Positions 25,252 to 39,249 of a DNA stretch of 64,000 bases are shown here, in pieces. The stretch comes from the human T2T-CHM13v2.0 reference genome, Homo sapiens. Position numbers and translations under genes: made by a program. Position 1 is the stretch's first letter, and the number at the start of each line of letters is the position of its first letter. The stretch lies in NCBI RefSeq assembly GCF_009914755.1, contig NC_060944.1. One strand, given 5' to 3'. Below the pieces are notes generated by a model. It made no database searches. It was not told where the DNA came from and was given only the letters and a program-made list of their open reading frames with translations.

Positions 25252-26304
25252 AGCTCCTAGGGCCCTTATGCAGATGACACCTAAATAGGGCCTGAATGAC
25301 TGCCATGATTAACGGGACACCCTATGCAGAGGAGCCAGTCCTAGAGTGCAGCCAAGTAGTTTTATGGTCTGCAATGATGTTCTGAGGGGCAAGATGGAAA
25401 ACATACTGGAACCTGCCTGGTAGTGAGAAACTGTCCCGTGAGCCTCTCAGGGAGAGAGGGAGGTGAGTGGAAGATGCCTGGGGTACCTCATGTTCCTGGA
25501 GGATACTAAGACATTCTGCCAAGAATCCAATGAGCCGTGGTTCAAGCCTTGCCTGCATGGCTTATGTTGATATGTGCAAGACCATAAGGGTGCCATGGCA
25601 GATTTGTTCCCCTGCATTATTTTGAAAAGAAGGGTAATATGTGTTGGGAGGTTAAAATAAAATTTTGCCACTATAATAACCAGTCCAAAACAACTCCAGG
25701 GCTTCAGTCATCTGGGAAAATGGTCGGTAGCTGGCCAGTGGGATCCCTTACCCAAGTAGACATTTCTAGACATTCCCACATGTCTGAAGGGTTGGCATTT
25801 TGGAGGGCACATATCCAAGATTTGTGGCTGGTATTTTGTGTAGATGTGGCAGACACTTAAGGGCACTGAGAGTGACAAAGCTGACTTTTACATCAATCTC
25901 AGAGCAGGGGAGGGTAGGGCTGAGCAGGATCACAGCTGAATCTGAAATACTTTCCTGGGAAACCCCCACCCTCTCCTCAGGTGTGTGTCTTGTGTTCACA
26001 AGGATGATACTGGGATCCTGGTATTTGGGGGTTTCATCTGAGAGACCCTCACACAAAGAACTTTCTGGCACTCTGCTGTTCTGATGTGGAATAATCCTGA
26101 AAGTGCGATGCCAGCCACGCCACATGTCACAATGAGAACACAGAGAGAGAGGGGAAAAGAGAGGGTAAGACAGGTGGTGGGAAGTGGATGGCATGTATCA
26201 GTGGCTCACTTGGGATTTAATTCCTGACGTCAGTAAGCTTCAGGAGAGCTGAGACCTGCGGCCAGCTACAAACTCTTAAATCTTCCCTCTTTCCAAGACA
26301 GAGC

Positions 26305-26675
26305 TGTATTAGTCCATTTTCACACTGCTATAAAGAACTGCCTGAGACTAGGTAATTTATAAGGAAAAGAGGTTTAATTGACTCACAGTTGTGCATGGCT
26401 GGGGAGGCCTCAGGAAATTTACAGTCATGGTGGAAGGGAAGGGGAAGCAAGGCACGTCTTACATGGAGGCAGGTGTGTGTGTGTGTGAGAGAGAGAGAGA
26501 GATAGAGAACTTTAAAAACCATCAGATCTCATGAGAACTCATTCACTATCAGGAGAACAGCATGGGGGAATCTGCCCCCATGATCAAATCACCTCCCACC
26601 AGGTCCCTCCGTTGACACATGAGGATTACAATTCAAGATGAGATTTGAGTGGGGACACAGAGCAAAACCATATCA
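26305..26675 (-). mobile_element. THE1D/MSTA solo LTR
   Basis: TGTATTAGTCCATTTTCACACTGCTATAAAGAAC...GGGGACACAGAGCAAAACCATATCA; TSD AGAGC/AGATC. Confidence 0.92.
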
Positions 26676-27063
26676 AGATCCAAACTCACCATCTCAATGA
26701 GGGAAAGGCTGGGGGCCCCTAAACTTCTGTCCTCAGAAGGGGACCCCTAAACTCACTTCACCCTTGGGCTTGAAGTAAATTCTGGAATGGGACTAAGATG
26801 AATCAATTAACGTTCTTCCCCTGGGCTTTCTTGAGGGGGGATGCCAAAACTCTGAAAAATCAAGATAAATATTATTGTAATGGAATAGTTTACATGTCAA
26901 AACCAAAGCAAGAAAATCCACAAATAACAAAATGTTAAATCTTTAAGGACAGGATCTGTCGTTGAGATTGATGCCTCTAATTTCCTGATTGCTAAACCAA
27001 TCCTATTCTTAAAAGTACTATGATGAGAACCATGGCTTATTAAAAAAACAAAAAACACCCATC

Positions 27064-27380
27064 GTGGTGGCTCATGCCTGTAATCCCAGCACTTTGGGAG
27101 GCTGAGGCGGGTGGATCATGAGGTCAGGAGTTCGAGACCAGCCTGGCCAAGATGGTGAAACCCCATCTGTACTAAAAATACAAAAAAATTAGCCGGGCGT
27201 GGTAGTGGGCACCTGTAATTCCAGCTACTCGGGAGGCTGAGGCAGAGAATTGCTTGAACCTGGGAGGCAGAATTTGCTGTGAGCCGAGATCGTGTCACTG
27301 CACTCCAGCCTGGGTGACAGAGCGAGACTCCGTCTAAAAACCACAACAACAACAACAACAACAAAAACACAAAAAACAAC
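27064..27380 (+). mobile_element. AluS (Sg-like) with (CAA)n tail
   Basis: GGTGGCTCATGCCTGTAATCCC...GGATCATGAGGTCAGGAGTTCGAGACCAGCCTGGCCAAGATGG. Confidence 0.94.
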
Positions 27381-29561
27381 CCTAACGAACTAATTTATAT
27401 CAGAAACAAACCTGTGATATATTTTCTAAAGCAACTGAACAAGATTTTCACAATATTCAATCATCTGAATAGATACTATGTCTGAGTCATTGAGGGGAAT
27501 GCCCAACTGAGTTAACAGGAATGATCAAACCCGAATTCCCAAGGCAAACCCTTTTGGGGTTCATAAATCCAGCCCCCAGAAATCTTGCAAATTGCCCTCT
27601 TTGGGTCGACGCCTGCCCATCTGTCAACTCGGGATCCTCACTCTTTCCTCTGTCCCAAAGGACCCTCCTCTGTGTCTTGCAACACGTTCCAGAAGAGAAG
27701 GGTATTTCTCAGGTCTGCAGAAACCCAAAGAAGAAAATTCGTGTTATGATCTGAAGGGAGATGAAAAGCATATTTTAGCAGGGCATTGCAAATGCATTCC
27801 GTGCTCATGACAGAAGCATCCAAAATACCTACATTATTTAGAAAGCTGCAGGAGAGGGAAAAATGAATGCAGAATATGTGAACGATTCATTTTGTTTTTT
27901 AAAAAATGCAGCCGAGCCAGAAAAAGCTTCACAAATGATCCAAAGACAATATAAAATCTCTTCTGTTTGCAAAGTCAACACGGTAAAGAGATGATTAAAC
28001 GAAAGCAAACCTGAGACTTAACCTTAAAGGAATTGAGCATTTTAATTTTTTAAAAGGTGGAAAAAATGCCATAAAAGCATGTCTGAAGGTTAAGGAAACT
28101 GTTATTAAAATGAGAATTATGAGCTCGGAGCTGTTCGCAGCTCTGTCCCTGGAGTGTGAAATTAGTGACTGAAGGCAGATTTCACAGGCACTTCGTTGGA
28201 GCGTGTTGGTGTGGCAGTGGATTTGTGATGGGGCCTCGCCGCCAAGTCCTGCCCACTTGCAAGCTGCTGTCGTTATTCATGCACAGCACAGATAATCATG
28301 AATGTCTGGAGCATTTTGCATTTATGTTGAATGCAGCCTCTCTCCTTCCCAGCCGGAGTGAGTTTCGGGCTGTGTGCACGGGTGAAGTGCAGGGGAGGAA
28401 GCAGCTGCAAGACCAGCATTCCCACCAAGGCCATATTTTCTCTTTGAAGAAAAAAATCCATCCATATGGATTACATTCAGCAGAAATGTTGGAAAATATA
28501 TAGAAAATAGGAATATGGTTTAAATTTTAAACCTTAAAATAGCTCCAAGGGCAACAAGGAATTCTCTGGGTCTGGGTTTCAGGTCTGAAACAATTGATGC
28601 TAATGATGTCCACATTCCCCATCACACCGTGATTTCGGAAAGTTGGTTTGGGGAAGTTTAACAGAAGAGAGAAAACTCAGGAAACAGTGAATTGGGAGAA
28701 GTTGTTGCATTTCCTCATTCTCTCTCCGTCTGTCTCGTTCTCATCCACTTAGTCACACACGGCAACCAAGCAAAAGTGTAAATATTACTTTTCATGCATT
28801 TATCTAGGCATAGTTAGGCAAGCAGAATTGAGCAAGGCCCCAGGTAAAGGGACCCTTTGAAGTAATAGCACTTTTTTGGCTGTTTTGTTGGTCAATTTTT
28901 GGGTGCATTATGCTTTTAAGATAGAACTTAATACCAACCATTAAAAAACCACCTCCTTTTCAAAAGGAATATTCTCCCTTGTATGGCTTCTTTGGTGATG
29001 GTAAGATATTTGGCACCTCCCAAGTGTGGTTTGAACTTTGAACACTCTTGTTGAAAATGTGAGAGGAAATAAAAATCAGCTCACAGCTCTCCAAAGCATA
29101 CTGCAAATTAACTGTGTATCGGGATGTTTTTCGGAACAAATAACAGAAACTCATATGGCAATTGGCTTAAACAATTACAAAATATGTTGGTTCATATAAT
29201 CTAGAGGTGATCCAGCAATCCCAAGATGTCTTCACGGATCAGACCCTTTCCATCTCTGCCCTGCTGTTCTGTGTTGACTTTATCCCAAGGCTGGACTTCC
29301 TCCTGGGTGAAGAAGAAATCAGGTAACCTTTGCAAGCATTCTCAGAAGAGCAAGCAGGGAGTTTCCTAGAAACCACAAGCAAACCCATTTTTGAATCTTC
29401 TTGACCTCAGTTGCATGATATGTGTGCTCTTGACCAAAACCCTATCAATGGAATGACTGGGATCACCCTTAGAACAGTGTTGTAGCTAGGATGGGAGCAG
29501 GATGAACTTCCTTGAATCCCTGGGATGCAGGGAAAACAGGATTCCTGAAAAGTGAAGAACT

Positions 29562-29563
<2 letters not shown>

Positions 29564-29602
<39 letters not shown>
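29564..29602. repeat. (TG)n microsatellite
   Basis: Pure TG run. Confidence 0.95.
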
Positions 29603-29606
<4 letters not shown>

Positions 29607-30449
29607 GCATTGAAATTTTGGGTAGGCAGTCAACAGTATTCACTACACCTATCAGATTCCAAAGGTATCTTGGTCACCTTGATTAGCACTCTAAATGTGT
29701 TTAATGTGTGTATGTACGCATGTTCACATTGTGCTGAATTGGTTAGAATTTCAAATGGATTTGGCATTGTTCTGTATGGACATGGCTTCCTCTTAAAGTT
29801 CCTCAATTGATCCACAGGGATTAAAACCATTCAAACCATGGGTAACTTTGGGCTGGAGGGAATCAAATCTCTGTTCTTCTTGGGAGCTTCTTGGAGCTTC
29901 TCTGTAGACTGGCTTCCCTTGCTTTCTGGAAGCCTCTGCCCTCACTTCACTCTGTCTTGCCTATGATTTGGGCTGAGAATGGCACAGGGAAGCCTCCTCT
30001 TCACATGAATTTAAGCTCCAGAATCTACCACTTACTGGCCATGGAAGTATTGCCCGATGGCTGGACTACTCACCTACATGGAGTTGGGGGTAAGGGGTCA
30101 GCTGAATGCACACATCTTGATTCCACCCCCTCAGCTGGGCATGTGACGTAAGCATTATACACACCTCCAAATTGCTCCACCTTAGCTGAGAGCATGTCTT
30201 TCTTAACTTTGGAAACCCTAGAGCTGATAGTTGCATACTGGTCATTTAGTAATAACTCACTTAGTGAATAAATGAATGAATTTATTGACCCATGTGGTCT
30301 AGGACTAGAATGTAAACTTAATGAAAGCAGCAGTCATGTTTGTTTTTCCTCATTACAACCCCAGTGCCTAGCACAGTGTGTGGCACCCAGTAGACAGCTA
30401 ATGAAAGTTATGGAATAAACAACCTGCAGGGCAGTCAGAGGATGGAGGT

Positions 30450-30690
30450 TGAGCACCTGGAATCAAGTCAGAGAGCAGGGTTGAATCCAGACCTCACCAC
30501 TTTCTGGCTTTGTGACCCTGGGCAAGTTTCCTAAGGTCTCTATGCCTACTTTTTTCCCACCTGTAAACTGGGGATAATAAGAACACCAGATTAGAGAATA
30601 ATTCCGGAAGATTTCACCAGAGAACACTTGTAAGGCACATAACCTATCGCATGGCACGTGGTAAGTGCCATAGAATTATTCACTATTATC
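30450..30690 (+). mobile_element. MIR
   Basis: GGTTGAATCCAGACCTCACCACTT...TGTGACCCTGGGCAAGTT...CTGTAAACTGGGGATAATAA. Confidence 0.8.
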
Positions 30691-31554
30691 ACTTTCTTCT
30701 CCATAACCCAGCTTCCATGGCTGTAAACTTTTCTCTGTCTTGTTCACTGCTGTGTCTTCAGTATGCAGCACAGCACCTGGCATATAGTACATGCTCAGAA
30801 AATATTTGTTCAATGAGTGAATGGAATTCTGGAGACATACAAAATGAGGATGTTAAGGATTAGACCAAATAAAATCCACCATTCTAGAATTCTGTGGATT
30901 GAAATTCTAAGAGCTACTCAATGAATGTGTTGAGTTGAAAGTATTTCTTTGGTTAAATGGTAACTCTCCCCCTCCCCCATTTGTCTGAATGCCCAGATGT
31001 TGACGCACTGGGAGAATTTTGGGAGGGCACAAAACCTGTACAGGAGCCACTTCTTTCACTTTCGGGCAACTCTCCTGAGAGACCAAAATCTACCCTACAA
31101 AATCCTATATCAACCCTTTGCTTTGTCATTCCAGTTGCCATAGGCGGGAGAGAAATGTTCCGTTTTAATTCTGTGGAAGGTAAAGCAAAGCAATACCCTG
31201 GGATACTTGTAACAGTCCAAAACATTCCTGAAATAAAACATTGGTTCTCAAGAGTGCAGGAAATCTTCCATTTTCTTAACATGTGGGAAATCATTTAAAG
31301 GCAGCCATCTTGCCGCTTAATTTTGAACTTCCATTAGCCTTTAATAAGAAGATAATCAGTCACTGCAGATCTTGTCTTCCCTACCTCCATAGGAAATAGT
31401 CCTCCTGCCATTCAGAGAGAAAAACTATTTATTACATCTCAACTATGTACGTGTCAGACACCTTTCTATGCACTGGGGATGGGAATGTGAAAGTAAAGCT
31501 AATTCTTTTTTCGAAGACCCTCAGAATCACACAAAAGCCAAGGTCATGTGTAAT

Positions 31555-32012
31555 GTGTGGCAGATGCTGTTGGTACCCTGCCCGCCTCTCCTAGGTACTC
31601 ACTGTTCCTATAAATAAATGCCAGTGACATCTACTGTGAGCACCTGCGGCTCTCCGCCTAAGAACTTTCTTTGGTTGTTGGAGTGTGCTCAGCCTGTGTG
31701 TGGGGCAGGCTGGAGGTGCCAGAGAGTTAATGCCCCAGGGACAGCCCCTAATCAGTGATGGAAGTGAGCTGGTGGCTCAAAATCCCAGTTTCTTTGCCCT
31801 TTGAGTGGGATAATTCACCATGTTCTTCACAGCCTTCAACCTGAACTGCCTATTCTAGAACGTCGTGCCTATTAAGTCACCTTGGATGGTTTCCTTTCTT
31901 TTTCACATCTCAATTTCCTATTCCCCTACTGTTCCTTTTATGGCTCCCAAATAAATGACTTTCACTCAAATTTGTCTTCATGCCTGCCTCTGAGAGAACC
32001 CTACATAAGACA
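31555..32012 (+). mobile_element. LTR16-like ERVL LTR
   Basis: TGTGGCAGATGCTGTTGG...GAGAGTTAATGCCCCAGG...CCCAAATAAATGACTTTCACTCAAAT...GAGAACCCTACATAAGACA. Confidence 0.65.
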
Positions 32013-32369
32013 ATCAGTATGGCTCTTCCTACTCAAGGGACGAAAATCTCAGCTCAAGGTTGCTTGAATAAAAGGATTGCTTGAATCATGCTGTGATTCA
32101 CAGGAAAGCCCGGGGGACATATTGGCTTCAGGTATGGCTAGATTGAAGCACTTAATCGTGTGAACACTGAGTTTCTCTCTAATTCTGAGGTTTTCTTTCT
32201 GTTGTATTTGTTTCTTTCTCAAGTTCTATTCTGTGGTCCTAGGAAGTTTCAGTCTCTTCCTTTTGTTCAAAGGAATTGCCTGAGAATTAGCTTCACATTT
32301 TGTCAAAGTCTTTTCCAATAGCTCACATAGCAATTCTGAGTTTTGCTCTAATTTTGATTTCCTATCTAT

Positions 32370-33150
32370 TCATTCCTTATGAATGGATTTTCCTTTATGT
32401 CCTTTAGCATACCTATAACAGCTACTATAAAATCTTTGCTAATTTGAACATATGAGTTATCTTCAGATAAGTCTCTATTCTTATTTTTTTATGTTGAGTC
32501 TTTGTCATATTTTCCTGCAATTTTGCATTATATCCAGAATATTGTGACCAATACAGTAATTCTTGATTCCGTTGTTTTCCTGTGAAGACTGTTGATTTTT
32601 TGAGCAAGTGACTAAAGTGGCTGAACTCAAATTGAAAAGATCTTGCGTTCAGTTACTAAAGGTAAAAGAAAAAAAAATGAAAAGGTTTGTGTTTCCTGGA
32701 GTGGGAAATAGCTCAAATTTCAGTTCAATTCTGTGGCAACCCTAGCTGGGCTACTTGTAGTCTGCCTACACATATGTGGTTTAGGGACCAGCTAGACATT
32801 TGAAAAGTTTATACATAAAATTTGGGGCTCCCTGTCTCTGATGTCTCTCTGCATTTGTAATTTCCCTGCTCCATTCCAGTGGCTATGGTTTCCCAGAGCC
32901 TGGTCCTCTGGTTCTTCAAGTGGGTGAGATGACTGATTTTTAGTTGGAGTTTTAGTTGTCCCTCTTTTGCAGACTGAAACCTCCTCTCAGGTGAAAATCT
33001 GTCCAAGCATCAACTCCCCTCCCATATCTGTCTGCCTTTCTTCATTGTCCTGTGCTTTCAGGTCGTTGTTTTTAAAATTTTGTCCAGAGTTTATAGCTGT
33101 TGTATGTGAGAGGACTCGCCTCCCAGAGGCTTACTTGGCCATAAAAGAAG
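32370..33150 (-). mobile_element. Old L1 (L1M) fragment
   Basis: TCCTTTAGCATACCTATAACAGCTACTATAAAATCTTTG...TTTTGTCCAGAGTTTATAGCTGTT. Confidence 0.6.
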
Positions 33151-34285
33151 CATAAGGCCTAGTCTCAAGATTCATTCTGATTGGACCAGCTTAGGTCACA
33201 TGACTATACCTGGACCAATCACTGTAATCAGAGTAATGATATATACCAATTGGTGAGGGCTTCATTCTTGAGGCCAAGGGACGGGCCACACCAGGTCATG
33301 TGAACTGGAAATTGGGAAGGTAAACATCCACAAAAGCTAATAACGTTGAAAGAAAAGAGAATGGATACTGGTCAAGAGACTACAAAGTGCTCTGGATGTG
33401 TTTGCAGATGTTCAGCATATATTAGCATTTGTCCAGTGATGGACGTCTGACCACTGCTCTCGTAGGGTCTGAGAGAAGGCATCTCAGAAGAGGGATCACT
33501 CAAGTAGGGCCTGGAAGCTCAGATCAGGAGCTGTCAGTCAAGGATCGAGGACAAAGCATGCAGTCTAGGAAAAAGCATGATATTTTCTACCTCAACCTGT
33601 CAGATTCCTTTTAAACATGGCTTTACAGCTCACACTCATGAATCTTCTTTCCACGTTTTTGCTTCACCTAAGACCATGATATTTGAAAAAAATAGAAAAG
33701 AAAGGAATAAATAAACCTCTGAGGCAGGATGAGTCAGAATGACTTCATTGTCTCTCCTCTCAGTTCCATATATTGAAAAGAGGATGAACAACACCCTTTG
33801 CATTTCCAGATGTGGAATATTTTGCTGTATCAATTTGTGTTCTCTCCTCTGTGATGACAACTCTTATGATTTATGATAAACAAATTACAACTTAATGTAC
33901 CAGGTAGGATTATCTGATCCCGATTACTGCTGTGAGTAATAGTGCTCCCAGTCACAGACATCTGAACAGACGTGCATGTACTTTTCTCCCACGTGGTAGT
34001 CTGGGCGATAGCTCAAGGCTGGCATGTGGGCACTAGTTGACCAAGCACCCAGGGACCTGATTTCTTCATTCGGGTTTCCCTGCCAGGTGTGGCTTCTATT
34101 CTCAGGAACAGTACATGGTCCAAGATGGCAGCTCCAGGTCTAGCCTCAGCCCCAGACGTGTTGCCCCCCAAGCAACCAGAATGAAAGAAGGTATGAAGTC
34201 AAAAAGGCTCAAAGCATCAGGTTTCTTTTCAAGGAACATTCCAAGAAGCTGTCACACCTCACTTCCACTTACACCCTATTAACTC

Positions 34286-34726
34286 TGTTAAATTAAATAA
34301 GTAGGAGGTCATTAGCCTGAGGCTTTCTCTGTACTTTGAGTTCTTCCATAAAGCTCTGCAACCTAACTTAGTATATAAACAAACTGAAACCTAATTTAGG
34401 AGTGTAGATTTTTTGTAACAGATACCCAGATCTCAGCCAATCACCAGCTGCCAAGTTTCAGCCAATCAGAAACTGCTGAGCTTCAGCCAATCAGAAGTAG
34501 CCAACAGGTCAGACCATGTCCAAATAAAGCAAATGCCTAGGTGTAATCAATCAAGTTAATTTTCTACTTTATTTATATCTTCTGTCTATAAACACTTGCT
34601 CTCCACCTTGCTGAGTTGAGCCCTCAGAATGTCTTCAGGTTCTGAGTGCTGCCTGATTCTTGAATTGTTCTTTGTCCAAATAACCTCTGTTAAATTAACT
34701 TTGTCTACAGGTTTTTTTTTTTTAAT
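34286..34726 (+). mobile_element. ERV1-type solo LTR (MER4-group-like)
   Basis: TGTTAAATTAAATAAG start, three tandem CAGCCAATCA boxes (34434-34493), TATAAA, AAATAA...TGTTAAATT end region. Confidence 0.7.
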
Positions 34727-34869
34727 GCCTTCAAAGCCAGGGAGAGCTGCAGCATGTTTTTTGGATGACTTCAATATTAAAAAAGATTCCTGAATACTGC
34801 GTAGTACTGTTGGCGCTGTTGCTTCCACCACTATGACTACTACTGGGATAATGATTGTTGTGCTAGATA

Positions 34870-35075
34870 CACCTCTAAGCACTTAACACGTTGAATCCTC
34901 TTAACAACTCCAGCATGTAGATACTATTATTGTTATTCCAAGTTACAGAGGAGGAAATGGGAGCAGGGAGAGGATAGGTAACTTGCCCACAACCATGCAG
35001 CTGGTAAGTGTCAAAGAAAGGATTCAAACCCAAATAGTCTTGTTTTAGAGAGTACACTCTAAAACACTACTTGCT
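34870..35075 (-). mobile_element. MIR
   Basis: TTGAATCCTCTTAACAAC...ACAGAGGAGGAAATGG...AACTTGCCCA...GGATTCAAACCCA. Confidence 0.8.
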
Positions 35076-35179
35076 ATAATTACTGCAAACACTATCTGAT
35101 TGGAAATTCCTTTGATTTATTTAGGAGTTTTGATCCAGTAGTTTTTTTCCCCCACAGGTCTTTTAATTTAATTAATATA

Positions 35180-35580
35180 AAGTATATTATGAGTATTTTC
35201 AAATACACACGAAGTATAGGAGAAAGTGTAAGAAACTTCCATTTATTTACCCATTACCCAGCTTTAACATGCGTGGTAAATCTCATTTCATCTCTATGTC
35301 ACCTTATACTAGTTTATTTTCTTTTGGATTATTTTGAGGCCTAGACCTTGTATCATTTTTATCATAATACTTTAGTATGTGTCTCTAAAAGCGAAAGACT
35401 CCATATTAAAACACAAATATAATACCAGTATCTTGCCTACAAATAATAAGCAATAATTCTTTTAATATTATCAAATATCTAGTCAACGTTCAAATTTTCC
35501 TGATTATCTCATAAACTTTTCTTGAGCTACTTTTTAAAATAAAGATTCAATGAAGGCCCATACTTTGTTTCTTCCATCTG
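35180..35580 (-). mobile_element. L1MC-like 3' end fragment
   Basis: TTTTCAAATACACACGAAGTA...GGATTATTTTGAGGC...AATATTATCAAATATCTAGTCAACGTTCAAATTTTCC. Confidence 0.6.
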
Positions 35581-35606
35581 TTGTTAGTCTGTAACTTTCC
35601 TAACAT

Positions 35607-35608
<2 letters not shown>

Positions 35609-35643
<35 letters not shown>
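35609..35643. repeat. (TG)n microsatellite
   Basis: Pure TG run. Confidence 0.95.
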
Positions 35644-35645
<2 letters not shown>

Positions 35646-36664
35646 ATTTATTTCATGTTCTGATGAAAACTTCGTGTCTTATAATGGATCCTTCTTCAAA
35701 AGTTTGGGGGAAAAAAACCTGCTCTAGAGAATTTGAACACTGCTTTTTTTTTTTTTTTCCATAGCCAATTGGATTACTTCCCCCTTGCAAACTTCTCTGA
35801 CTCAGATGTCATGAAAATCCTGGCCCAGGAGTCCTGTCTGACTCACAGGGACCAGGAAATTCTACCCCTCTCTAGGGGACAAGGAGGGATTTGTGTGATT
35901 TTAGGGAGCAGATGATGCTGTGGAAAATACTACAGGCCTCAACTCTTCCCCTAGTTATAAAGTCTGCTGACTCCAAAGTGTGCCCCATCTGCTCTTCCTT
36001 TGATTCTAGGGGCAGACATAATTACATAAAGTAGGACATTGATCTTTTTGCATTTTTAAAGCCAGAGTCATGTCTGGGAAAGCCAAGTCTGCCGTATCTG
36101 TAATAACCACCTTAAAAATGCAGGAAGGAGAAGGGACGTGCATGGAGTTGAAAAGTGTCGAATGCAAAGCAAGTCAGTAATTATGGCACAGAGTGAGGGC
36201 AGTAAATGTGCCTGATTATGCAAATCCAGGTGGAATGTGGATGCCAGTGGTGTTCTCATCTCCAGTTAAGAGGGTGGCTGTCAACACGAGAGTCCTGGAC
36301 TGAGGGAGTAGGAGAGAGGGGCCAGGCCAGAAGGGGCAGGAGCCCCGGAAGCTGGATGTGGTCCTGGGTGGACACAGCCTCAAGCAGTGAGGGCCCTGCA
36401 TCCAGGGACAGCTAGGTATGGAGGGTGTGCAGGGGCCCCCAGATGGAAATAAAGCCCCACCAGCATCTGGCAGGCCACCCAGGTGAGTAGACTGGGGCCC
36501 CAGGTAGGAGGCACCTGAGGCTGGGAAGATGCTTCCCAAATTGTGATCTGCCTGTCCGTGGTGGCTCATGAAATGAGTTAGACAGCAAGAAAAATCTTGC
36601 TATCTGATGGTTATGGGTGTATTTGAATGTTATTTCACTGAAACACAGGGGACTGGTGATGGGT

Positions 36665-37130
36665 GTGAGCTCTGCAGCTTGAATGCCTGGGCTTGAATCC
36701 TGACTCTGCCATGGACTTTTCAGCTGCGTGACTCAGCCCTGCTGTGCCTCAGTTTCCTCACCTATTATTATATGCATATGCATATAATAATAGACCTACC
36801 TCCAAGAGCTGTGGGGAGAAATCAATAATGAGCTAGGAAAGTGTCTGAAATGTAGCAAGAAGTCGATAGATACCAGTGGTTATTGTTGTTGTTCAGAGAG
36901 GTAGTTGAGAATTTAGACTCTGGAGTTGGACAATAGCGAGTCAGGTCTCACCTCCCTGGTTTTCTAGCTGTGAGGCCTTGGATAACCTCTTTGTGCCTCA
37001 TTGTCATCATCTGTAAAATGGTGACAATAATAATATCTTCCTCATAGGGCTGTGGTAAAGATTAGACAAGCGACCGTATGGAAAGCCCTTAGAGCTATGG
37101 ATGGCCCATGGTAAGTGCTCAGTCAATATG
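36665..37130 (+). mobile_element. Two tandem MIRs
   Basis: GCCTGGGCTTGAATCCTGACTCTGCC...GCCTCAGTTTCCTCA; second copy GACTCTGGAG...CATCTGTAAAATGGTGACAATAATA. Confidence 0.8.
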
Positions 37131-38087
37131 CACAGCCATCATTAGTATTACTAGTTCTTAGTAGCAGGCTACATTATACAAATGATCCAACTTTTATAGT
37201 CCATTTGAAAAAAAAACATGTTAAGTAATCGTAGAGGTATTATCCAGGAGTGGCAGAGAAACTGTTCTTATGGTAGGCTAGCCCTGAAGTTTGGGACATA
37301 GAAAAGCAGGCACATTTGAAGACCTAGCTGGTAGTTCATATCAAGGATGTAGGTAAAACATTTGTCTATGAAAGCACCATGTCTCAGTTATCTAGAGCCA
37401 CATAATAAACAACCACAAACTAGTGGTTCAAAACAACAAACATTTCATTATCTTTCATGGTTCTGTGGGGTAACTGGGCTCCGCTGGGCAGTTCTTCTGG
37501 CTGCTTATTTTCAGCTGGTGCTGCAAGCCAGAGAAAGGGAGGAGCTAAGAAGACGCCCAGGGTTGTAGCCAGAGTAACTGGAATGGTGACATTTCCGTTT
37601 GCTGAAATGGGGTAGACTGTGAGAAGAATAATTTTGGGGCCTGAGGTTGAACAAGAGTTCAGCTTTGTTAAGATCATGTTTGAGGAGTCCAGTGGGCAGT
37701 TGGATATACAAGTAGAGATCTCAGGAAGAAGTTGGGGTAGGACTGAAATATTTTAGAACGCTCAGCATAGAATGAGTATGTAAAGGCTTCAGTCAGGATG
37801 CGATCGCCTGGGGAGTAGGAGGCCTAGGAAGACACAGATGTGGAAACTGAAGCAAAGGGGTTCAAGGAATTGCCTTGTCCACAGACTGTTGTGGAGGAAG
37901 CTGCACTTTGAGTTCAGGACGTCTGGGCTCTCTCCCAAATGATGACCGAAAGGCAGTTGGGCCAGGATGCCCGAGGATGTCGGAAACTCATGCGCTTCTG
38001 AAGGCTCTTCTCAACTAGCAGCAAACCCACAGATGAGCTGGTGTCTCTGTGTTCCAGGCCAGGGAGAATGTCTTCAAATACCTCTTA

Positions 38088-38430
<343 letters not shown>

Positions 38431-39249
38431 AAATAGAATTCCACTTTTCCTTAAACTTTTATGATGTACACCTTATTTATAGAGACAAATATGCCTGGCA
38501 GAGGCTGGGAGGTGGGTAAGGGCAAGGAGGGCCTGGACAAAGAGGAGGCCCAAGAGCAGTGGGGAAGTGTGGGGGCCCTGGCTTCCACCTGCCTGGGTCC
38601 CAGTCCTGGCCCTGCCACCTCTGGGCTGTGGACTTTGGGTGGGCCATCTCACTTCTCTGCTCCTACATTTCCCCATCTCCATCCTGAGCATAATTAATAA
38701 TACCTGAATCAGATGTTTGATGTGAAGACTGTATTACTTTATGAATGATGTTTCCCAAACAGTGGCACATAGAAGGCATCTTTATGTGTATTTTAGGAGC
38801 ATTAGCTTACAAAGCGGGGAGCCAAGAGACATTGTCCACAGTTGGACAACGAAATAAAGATGTTCAAATCCTTAAAATGACCAGGATACCCCAAAATAGA
38901 ATAATAGTAACTAATAGTAACTAGAATAACAGAATAGTAGTAACTAACATTTATTGTTTACTACATATCATACAGTCTTCAAATTGGTACTTTTGACATT
39001 ATGGAGTAGGAACTATTATTGTCCCATTTAATGGATGTGGAAACAGAGACACAATGAAATGCAACAGCTCCTCCAAGTTTCTACAGTAGTAAGTGACAGA
39101 GCTGACCTTCAAATCTGTGCAGTTTACCTTCACAGAGCCATCTTTGCTACTTCCAAAGTAGGAGGTAAAAATTATGCTACTGGGAAGAGCCCTCTGCTAA
39201 ATCCTTCGTATGTTACAGCAGCAAGCCAGCAACCGATTTCTACAGCTGG

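Noticed and set aside
25260-26300. Possible ERVL/MaLR internal sequence between two LTRs
   Set aside because: The flanking LTRs are in opposite orientation and each has its own TSD, so they are independent solo LTRs; the intervening sequence could not be identified.
30953-31298. Overlapping 113-aa ORFs on both strands
   Set aside because: No homology or motif recognisable; consistent with chance.
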